Origin: Terriglobia bacterium
GTDB taxonomy: Bacteria; Acidobacteriota; Terriglobia; 2-12-FULL-54-10
Direction of reading: 5' to 3'
NCBI GenBank assembly: GCA_963666975.2
Contig: CAXVYR010000004.1
Span: forward strand, 352,001 to 416,000
Length of the DNA stretch: 64,000 nucleotides
Of the stretch, positions 57,259-64,000 are shown in pieces. The position numbers were made by a program, and so were the translations under genes. Positions within the stretch are counted from its first letter, which is position 1. Each line of letters opens with the position of its first letter. The notes under the pieces were generated by a model. The model had not been told where the DNA came from and made no database searches. It was given only the letters and a program-made list of their open reading frames with translations.

Positions 57259-57905
57259 CGCGCGCGGCTCGGTCGGTGCAGCCAAATCAGCACGCCAATT
57301 CCGAGCCGCGACCGCCCTGCCCTCCCATATATTTTCCATAGCGCTACACCAATTCCGGAATTCTGCTTTCCCTCAGAACAGAACCCCCTATGACTATATC
57401 GCATAGAATTTTGGCACATTTTCTGCACAGCCCATGGACCCGTTCTGTCTTCGGGTGAGTGCGGACCGGCGCACCTGGGAAGTCACGAACACGCCGAGTG
57501 TGACCTGCCCGCGTGGGGGCCCGGGATATAGCCGATGCGTTTCAGATGTCCGGTAAACCTCTTCTTAACGAGGTCTATGCGAGTCGTCTACTTGATTCCC
57601 AGAACGTGTCTGGGCCCTGCAAACGTGGTATGCTTATTTTGCGCTTAATCCCGCGGTGTGTAATGCGGTTGCTCCGGTTCGTTTTGTGATCTGAGGATTT
57701 CCGCCTTCAATATTCCTCCGTAAGTTTTACGCGTAATTCCAAATAAGATTGGCCATAGCCGAAGCTATACTTGTTCCAGATTGGTTCATTCGCTCCGACG
57801 AAATCGGCTAGAGAAGATCAGAGGCAAGACGGTGCGGAAATTTTCAAATTTCCCGATTTCCGCACGGATGGAGGATCCTCTCTCAAAAAGGAGAGGCAAA
57901 TTATT

Positions 57906-59543
57906 ATGCTCTCGGTGAACAATATTTCCATGCGCTATGGCGCAACACTTCTATTCGAGGATGTTACCTGTACGTTTTTCGCTGGCCGTCGCTACGCGAT
58001 TACCGGACCGAATGGCGCCGGCAAATCGACTTTTATGAAAATCCTGACCGGCGAGATCGAGCCTTCCAAGGGTTCGATCACCCGGCCGAAGAAGCTTGGC
58101 GTTCTGCGTCAGGACCAATTTGCCTTCGACGAGTTACGCGTGATCGACGCCGTCATCATGGGCAACGCTCCACTTTGGAATGCCCTCGAGGCGCGGGACG
58201 CGCTGTACGCCAAACCCCACGAGTCGCTGACGGATGAAGATGGGATGCGTCTGGGCGAGCTCGAAGGCATCGTTGGCGAAGAAGGAGGGTATACGGCGGA
58301 GTCCGATGCCGCGGTGCTTCTCGACGGGTTGGGAGTGGAAGATGCGCTGCATGAGCGCAATATGGGCGAACTGCAGGGCGGCCAAAAAGTTCGCATCCTG
58401 CTGGCGCAGGCGCTGTTCGGCAACCCGCCGGCATTGCTGTTGGACGAGCCTACCAACCACCTCGATCTCGATTCGGTGCACTGGTTGCAGAACTATCTGG
58501 GCAACTACGAAGGGGTGCTGATCGTGATCTCGCACGACCGCCACTTTCTGAACAGCGTATGCACGCACGCGGCCGATATCGACTATGAAACGATCATCAT
58601 GTATACGGGCGGATACGACGACATGGTGGTCGCCAAGTCGCAAATCCGCTCCCGTATCGAAGCGGGGAACGCCCAGCGCGAAAAGAAGATCGCACAGTTG
58701 AATGAGTTCATCGCGCGCTTTTCGGCCGGCACGCGTTCGTCGCAGGTGACCTCGCGAAAGAAGGAAGTCGAGCGGTTGCAAACTGCGGAACTGGCTAGGT
58801 CCAACATCCAGCGGCCGTACATTCGGTTCGACATGAAGCGGCCTTCCGGGCGCCATCCGCTGCAGATCGAGGAGCTTCAAAAATCTTACGGGGATCTTAA
58901 GGTGATCCAGGCTTTCAAGGCCAGTGTGGCCCGCGGGGAAAAAATTGCCCTCATTGGCCGGAATGGTTCGGGCAAGTCCACTTTGCTGAAATCGCTCCTG
59001 AGCAACACGACCGGATTCATTGACAACTCCGAAAGGCAATTCGCGATTGATGGCGGCACGGTGGTCTGGGGGCACGAAGTGGCGGTGGGCTACTTTGCGC
59101 AAGATCACACCGATTCCATCATGAAGGGTACGACGGCTATCGAGTGGCTGCGCCGGTTTGATCCGCAGGCGTCGCAGGAGGAACTGCGCGGTCTGATGGG
59201 CCGGATGCTGTTCAGCGGCGACGACGCTCTGAAACCCACGGACGCGCTTTCGGGCGGTGAGTCGGCGCGGCTGATCTTCTGCCGGCTGATGTTACAGAAG
59301 CCGAATCTCCTGGTGCTCGACGAGCCGACCAATCACCTGGACCTGGAAGCCATCAATGCGCTCAACATCGCCTTGCAGCGTTACGAAGGGACCGTCCTGC
59401 TGGTAACGCACGACCACGACGTCATCGACGAAGTTGCCACCAGGATCTGGCATTTCGAAGGCGGGCACATTGAAGACTTCCAGGGTGGGTACGCGGACTA
59501 TTTGGCGTATGTGCAAGAAAAGGCGCTGCTGTCTACTCGCTGA
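57906..59543 (+). CDS. ABC-F family ATPase (YbiT-like)
   Basis: Two ABC domains (GPNGAGKST, GRNGSGKST, LLDEPTNHLD/VLDEPTNHLD), no TM segments; RBS AAGGAG before ATG 57906. Confidence 0.92.
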   Translation: MLSVNNISMRYGATLLFEDVTCTFFAGRRYAITGPNGAGKSTFMKILTGEIEPSKGSITRPKKLGVLRQDQFAFDELRVIDAVIMGNAPLWNALEARDALYAKPHESLTDEDGMRLGELEGIVGEEGGYTAESDAAVLLDGLGVEDALHERNMGELQGGQKVRILLAQALFGNPPALLLDEPTNHLDLDSVHWLQNYLGNYEGVLIVISHDRHFLNSVCTHAADIDYETIIMYTGGYDDMVVAKSQIRSRIEAGNAQREKKIAQLNEFIARFSAGTRSSQVTSRKKEVERLQTAELARSNIQRPYIRFDMKRPSGRHPLQIEELQKSYGDLKVIQAFKASVARGEKIALIGRNGSGKSTLLKSLLSNTTGFIDNSERQFAIDGGTVVWGHEVAVGYFAQDHTDSIMKGTTAIEWLRRFDPQASQEELRGLMGRMLFSGDDALKPTDALSGGESARLIFCRLMLQKPNLLVLDEPTNHLDLEAINALNIALQRYEGTVLLVTHDHDVIDEVATRIWHFEGGHIEDFQGGYADYLAYVQEKALLSTR

Positions 59544-59612
59544 TCGGAACTCCTTTTATACAGCTCGTCCAGCCGCAGATCTCGAGGCCCAAGCCCATTG
59601 CTTGAAAGGAAT

Positions 59613-59686
59613 TGGCTGGGGCGCCAGGATTCGAACCTGGGTGCCATGCTCCAAAGGCATGTGACTTACCACTAGTCGACGCCCCA
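59613..59686 (-). tRNA. tRNA-Gln (anticodon TTG)
   Basis: TGGGGCG...anticodon arm CATGC-CTTTGGA-GCATG...GGTTCGAATCC...CGCCCCAGCCA; 74 nt with encoded CCA. Confidence 0.96.
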
Positions 59687-59687
59687 A

Positions 59688-60614
59688 CTATTTTGCGGTA
59701 ATGATTCCCGGCAGCGGGTTTTGGAATTCCCGGCGGGATACAGTCCGCGTCACGAAGACATCTGCGCCGGGCCGTCGCAGCCTTCGTGCCGCTGTTTGTG
59801 CCTGGGAATAGTCTTCAAAAACGCCGAAAACCACGGAGCCGCTGCCCGTAAGCGAAGCCGTAACGGCCCCGGAGCGCAAAAGCGATCGCTTCACTGCGGC
59901 CAGACCGCGAAACACCGAAAAAACAACCGGCTCAAAATCGTTTTCGAGCCGATTCCATACTGCTTTGTTGACCGAGCCACAAAACATCTCTATGGTATGG
60001 CGCGTGGCAGGGGATGTCAACAACGGCGCGCGCAGCCTCCGAAAGGCCGTGGCAGTGTCCATGCTCCTTCCGGGATACAACAGCACGCAGTAGCGGCGGG
60101 ATTCTTCCTGGAGCGGGTACACTTCCTCACCGCGCCCAATTCCGAGCGCCCTCCCTCCCAAGAGAAAGAACGGGACATCCGAGCCCAAGCTCGCAGCCAG
60201 AGCGAGCAACCGGTCCGCCGGCATCTTCTTCCCGGCCAGATGGAGAACGGCCCGTATGACGGCTGCCGCGTCACTGCTGCCGCCGCCCAATCCGCCGCCG
60301 GACGGGATTCGCTTCCGCAGGAAAACAGTAACTTTGCGGCGGAGATTCAGCTCCTGCAAAACCGCCTCGGCTGCGCGCACCGCAAGATTTTGCCTCCCCG
60401 GCGGCACCTCGATTCCAGCAGTTTCCAGGCTGACGGCGGGCGGACCGGCTGCGAGACGGACTTCCAAGTGATCGGCTAGAGAAATAGTCTGGTAGATGGT
60501 GCGCAACTCATGAAAGCCATCCTTCCGGCGTCCAATGACACGCAACCCCAGATTGATTTTTGCGTATGCCTTCAGGGCAACAGACCTTCTGCTCCTCAAT
60601 TTGCGCTGCTCCAT
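59688..60614 (-). CDS. ispE: 4-diphosphocytidyl-2-C-methyl-D-erythritol kinase
   Basis: AKINLGL, DGFHEL, KRIP.GGGLGGGSSDAA, LGSDVPFF, NDFE, LTGSGS. Confidence 0.96.
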   Translation of the reverse strand: MEQRKLRSRRSVALKAYAKINLGLRVIGRRKDGFHELRTIYQTISLADHLEVRLAAGPPAVSLETAGIEVPPGRQNLAVRAAEAVLQELNLRRKVTVFLRKRIPSGGGLGGGSSDAAAVIRAVLHLAGKKMPADRLLALAASLGSDVPFFLLGGRALGIGRGEEVYPLQEESRRYCVLLYPGRSMDTATAFRRLRAPLLTSPATRHTIEMFCGSVNKAVWNRLENDFEPVVFSVFRGLAAVKRSLLRSGAVTASLTGSGSVVFGVFEDYSQAQTAARRLRRPGADVFVTRTVSRREFQNPLPGIITAK

Positions 60615-60743
60615 AATTTGCGCTACTCCACAGGACGACGAAACGGGTCCGGCGCTAGAGAGGCCGGAACGGCGACCCTTTTCGCAGGAAAAGATTTCTC
60701 GTGGGGATAATGGCTTGGAGGCAATGCCCGGACGACAAGAAGG

Positions 60744-62834
60744 CTACGGGCTGGAATCTTTGTTTTCTTGGGCCAGCTTGACCAGGGCGTTTTTGATTTT
60801 CTTCTCAACCTTGGCGAGGTCTTCCCCCTCCACATCGTTTTTTGGAAGACGGTTCCATTCTCCCAGCGCGGCCTCCCACTCCATTTGCGCTTCGCGAATC
60901 CGTCCGGCTTTGTAGTAGATGTCTCCCATATGGTCACGGATCGTAGGATCGGAAGGGAGGTACTCGATAGCTCTATGCAGGTATTGCTCAGCCAAATCCA
61001 AGCGCTCTTGCTTGTAGTAGGCCCACCCCAGACTGTCCAAATAAGCGCCGCTGTTGGGTTCCAGCTGCAAAGCGCGCTGGATATAGTTCACCGATTCTTT
61101 CAGGCGAATTCCAAGGTCTGCCAGCATGTAGCCCAGGTAATTCAGCGTCATGGCGCTATTGGGATTGATCTCCAGAGCCTTGCGAAACGCTTCCTCGGCG
61201 CGGCCGTATTGCTTCTCGCGCTCCCAGATGGAGCCATCCAGAAAATGAATATATTCGATTTCTTCTTCTGAATCGGAAAGGTCTTTGGCCTTCGCGACAG
61301 CTTGCCGCGCTTGCTCAAACTGCTTAGCCCGCAAATGAATCTGCGAAAGAGCAAGCCAGATTCCACGATCCCTTGGGGTGTTATCGAGGAAAGGCTCCAG
61401 CAGCGCAACTGCGGCTGAAACATCGCCCGTGCTGGCCAGCAACGAGGCCCGCTCGGTCGCCAGTCCACGGCTTTCCGGATACGCCTGGACGGCCTTTTCC
61501 GACGCTTCCAGGGCCCTGTCGTATTGTCTGTTCTCCCGGTAGGTTTCTATCAAGCGAGCTTCGGCCCGAATGGCCGAGTCCCCTCCCAACGCCAGCATCC
61601 GGCGGAAGGTTTCCTCCGCAGCCGCGAAATCTCCCCGGGTCCGGTGAAGGAATCCTGCTTTTTCGAGAAATATGCTGCGGTTCGCCGATTCCTGGAAAGT
61701 GTAGGCGCTTACATCCGCTTTGGAAGTGGAATCCAATATCGTTTCGATTATATCAATGGCCTCTCCAATTTCGCCTTCCACTTCCGCCAGCAAAGCCCGG
61801 TTGTATTGGACATCCAGGTTGCCCGGAAACAGCTCCAGAGCTTTATCCAGGTTTTGTCCCGCCAGTTCATATCTGTGCTGGAAGCGATAGACCTGACCGA
61901 GACGCAGATAAGCTTCCCCGTCCTGCGGGTTGGCGCGAATGACAATCTGGAACTGATCCAACGCTTTATCGTACTGCTGGCTCAGAATATAACTCTGCCC
62001 CAAGGCTTTGCGGTAAGCCACGTTATTCGGTTCCAGTTCCAAAGCACGGCTATAAGCCTCGGCAGCCGCATCGTAATCCCGCACCTGTTCATAGGAGTAA
62101 GCCAGGGTTGTCAGAAGCCGGGGATCAGAACTGTCAACGGTAACCCTTTCCAGCAACTCGATGGCCGCACGGTAGTCGCCGACATCCACATACAGCAAGG
62201 CTAAATTCTTAATTGCGTCCGGGGAATCCGGCTGTAAGGCGACCGCCTTTTTGAGGATTTCTTCCGCCTTGGCATTCTCGTCCATCGCCCGGTAGAGTTG
62301 CGCCAAAACCAGATAGGACCCGACATCTGTGGGGTCCCGTTCCAGAATTTCCTCGAACTGCTGCACAGCGCGCTGCCGCATCCCGGCGGGCACCTGGCGG
62401 CTTCTTCCCCCCGTCAGGAGGCGCAGATAGAGACGGCCCAGGAGCTTGCGCGCTTCGGAATCTTGCGGATGGCGCTGGACGGCGCTCTCCGCCTCCTGCA
62501 CAGCATTTTGCCACCGGCCGGTGGCTGCATACAGGTCCGCCAACTCCAAACTAAGGAAGGTGGAGTCCGGGTCATACTGCAAGGCCAGCTTGAGCTCTTC
62601 AATGGCTTGGTTGAGCAGGTTGGCTCGCTTAAAGAGAGCGCCTCTTTCCTGATAGAAGTGTCCCAGCGAATAGTGATAATAGGCGAGCGCCTTGTCCGGC
62701 TCAACGGGCTGCCCGGACGCACTGGCCGCCGTTTGGCTGGCAGCTTCCTCTGCGGGCTCAGTCGCCTGTGCGGCCGCCAGTCCCGACAGCAAAATCCACA
62801 GACACGCCAAATATCCAAGCCTTTGCAGTTCCAT
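60744..62834 (-). CDS. Secreted multi-TPR protein
   Basis: Signal peptide, many TPRs, LNYLGYMLAD and AYLDSLGWAYYK motifs. Confidence 0.9.
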   Translation of the reverse strand: MELQRLGYLACLWILLSGLAAAQATEPAEEAASQTAASASGQPVEPDKALAYYHYSLGHFYQERGALFKRANLLNQAIEELKLALQYDPDSTFLSLELADLYAATGRWQNAVQEAESAVQRHPQDSEARKLLGRLYLRLLTGGRSRQVPAGMRQRAVQQFEEILERDPTDVGSYLVLAQLYRAMDENAKAEEILKKAVALQPDSPDAIKNLALLYVDVGDYRAAIELLERVTVDSSDPRLLTTLAYSYEQVRDYDAAAEAYSRALELEPNNVAYRKALGQSYILSQQYDKALDQFQIVIRANPQDGEAYLRLGQVYRFQHRYELAGQNLDKALELFPGNLDVQYNRALLAEVEGEIGEAIDIIETILDSTSKADVSAYTFQESANRSIFLEKAGFLHRTRGDFAAAEETFRRMLALGGDSAIRAEARLIETYRENRQYDRALEASEKAVQAYPESRGLATERASLLASTGDVSAAVALLEPFLDNTPRDRGIWLALSQIHLRAKQFEQARQAVAKAKDLSDSEEEIEYIHFLDGSIWEREKQYGRAEEAFRKALEINPNSAMTLNYLGYMLADLGIRLKESVNYIQRALQLEPNSGAYLDSLGWAYYKQERLDLAEQYLHRAIEYLPSDPTIRDHMGDIYYKAGRIREAQMEWEAALGEWNRLPKNDVEGEDLAKVEKKIKNALVKLAQENKDSSP

Positions 62835-62926
62835 GCCTTAATCCTCGACAGGAGATCCGGAAGGGCTCCCGCCCCTCTCCACAGGTGCAATAGCTCTGCG
62901 AACAGTATAGCTCAGTCACAAGCATC

Positions 62927-62968
62927 TTCGGAACAAGATTCGGGAACAAGATTCGGGAACAAGCTTCG
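62927..62968. repeat. 12-bp tandem repeat (TTCGGGAACAAG-like, about 3.5 copies)
   Basis: ttcggaacaaga ttcgggaacaaga ttcgggaacaagc ttc, intergenic. ATGAACCA also occurs three times at 63023-63059. Confidence 0.7.
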
Positions 62969-63078
62969 CCAGGAAAACTGCCCCGGATTGTTCTTCCTAA
63001 CCCGGCGGCAGCTTGGAGATTTATGAACCAGGAGAATTATGAACCAAATGATGAACCATATGACACGGCACGAAGACC

Positions 63079-64000
63079 CTAATGCCGAAAATGCCGCACT
63101 CCCGTAAAAACCATGGCCAAGCCGAGCCGGTCCGCCGCTGCAATGACTTCCTGATCCCGGATCGACCCTCCCGGCTGGATCACCGCCGCAACCCCCGCTT
63201 TTGCCGCCTCCTCGATACCGTCGGGGAAAGGAAAAAACGCATCGGAGGCCATCGCAGACCCCTGCAACGGCAGGACCGCTTTGCTCGCCCCCAGACGAAC
63301 CGAGTCCACGCGGCTCATCTGGCCTGCGCCGACGCCCGCCACCTGCCGTCCTCGCGCGTAAACAATGGCATTCGACTTGACGTGCTTTGCCACTTTCCAC
63401 GCAAACAGCAGGCTCGCCACCTCCTCCTCGCTGGGCCGCCGGATCGTGACAGGTTTCAGGTCTTCGGCGGAGAGCACATGACGGTCCTTTTCCTGAACCA
63501 GCATTCCGCCGCTTACCTGCTCCAAATGCAACTCGCGATCCATGGGAACCGAAGTGTCGATCTCAATCAAGCGGAGATTTTTTTTGCCGGCCAGCCGCTC
63601 CCGGGCCTCTGCCGTAAAAGCGGGCGCTGCAATCGCTTCCACAAACGTCTTGGCAACCTGTTCAGCGGTTTCGCCATCGAGCGGCCTGTTGAAGCCCAAT
63701 ACCGAGCCATAGGCGGAGACGGGGTCCGCTTCGTAGGCCTTCTGATAGCTGGCTGCCAGCGTCGGCTGGACGGATGCGCCGCAGGGATTCGTATGCTTGA
63801 TGATGGCCGTGGCCGGCTCGGAGAATTCCTGTGCCAGGTCCCACGCCGCCTCCAGATCGACCAGATTATTGAAGGAAAGCTCCTTGCCTTGCAGTTGACG
63901 GCTTCGGGCAAGCCCTCCTTTCTCATTGCCGGCCGTCGCATAGAGAGCTGCAGCTTGGTGCGGGTTTTCACCGTACCGCAAGTCGCAGAGTTTCTGAAAG
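63079..64000 (-). CDS. purH: Bifunctional AICAR transformylase/IMP cyclohydrolase, C-terminal part; 5' end outside the window
   Basis: RYGENPHQ, GKELSFNN, KHTNPCG, KHVKSNAI, GAGQMSRVDS, ASDAFFPF, QPGGSIRD, TGVRHFRH. Confidence 0.97.
   Translation of the reverse strand, partial: FQKLCDLRYGENPHQAAALYATAGNEKGGLARSRQLQGKELSFNNLVDLEAAWDLAQEFSEPATAIIKHTNPCGASVQPTLAASYQKAYEADPVSAYGSVLGFNRPLDGETAEQVAKTFVEAIAAPAFTAEARERLAGKKNLRLIEIDTSVPMDRELHLEQVSGGMLVQEKDRHVLSAEDLKPVTIRRPSEEEVASLLFAWKVAKHVKSNAIVYARGRQVAGVGAGQMSRVDSVRLGASKAVLPLQGSAMASDAFFPFPDGIEEAAKAGVAAVIQPGGSIRDQEVIAAADRLGLAMVFTGVRHFRH

Noticed and set aside
58134-59108. 324-aa minus-strand ORF
   Set aside because: Antisense shadow of the ABC-F ATPase.

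Overview
A GC-rich bacterial chromosomal window, probably Acidobacteriota. This is inferred from a Solibacter-type (TIGR03437-like) C-terminal domain protein, the hrcA-grpE-dnaJ order and hpnI/EamA linkage. Most of it is housekeeping and envelope genes: msbA-like ABC exporter, class I fumarase, hom, purC, mqnD, rmlC, kdsB, dnaJ/grpE/hrcA, cstA, an NSS transporter, ALDH, degP, tatA/tatC, aroB, menG/ubiE, pilD, glycosyltransferases, an ECF sigma/anti-sigma locus, an RND pump, hpnI, an ABC-F ATPase, tRNA-Gln(TTG), ispE and purH. Signals the ORF track does not show: (1) a split ORF that reads as one PrdB/GrdB-like selenoprotein (UGA in a UxxC motif plus a SECIS-like hairpin), with no PrdA/GrdE partner in the window and a Cys/His-rich membrane protein just upstream; (2) a 24-bp palindromic element nested inside copies of itself at two loci; (3) two TA-flanked MITE-like insertions, one splitting a 133-aa gene and one sitting in the stop codons of two convergent genes; (4) a G10 tract that frameshifts a ~1,730-aa surface protein; (5) a toxin-antitoxin islet where both toxins are broken and both antitoxins intact, bounded by duplicated gene fragments; (6) a deletion scar joining hpnJ and EamA fragments; (7) a shared ECF-type promoter motif in a divergent region. 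All calls come from reading the sequence by eye. No database searches were run.
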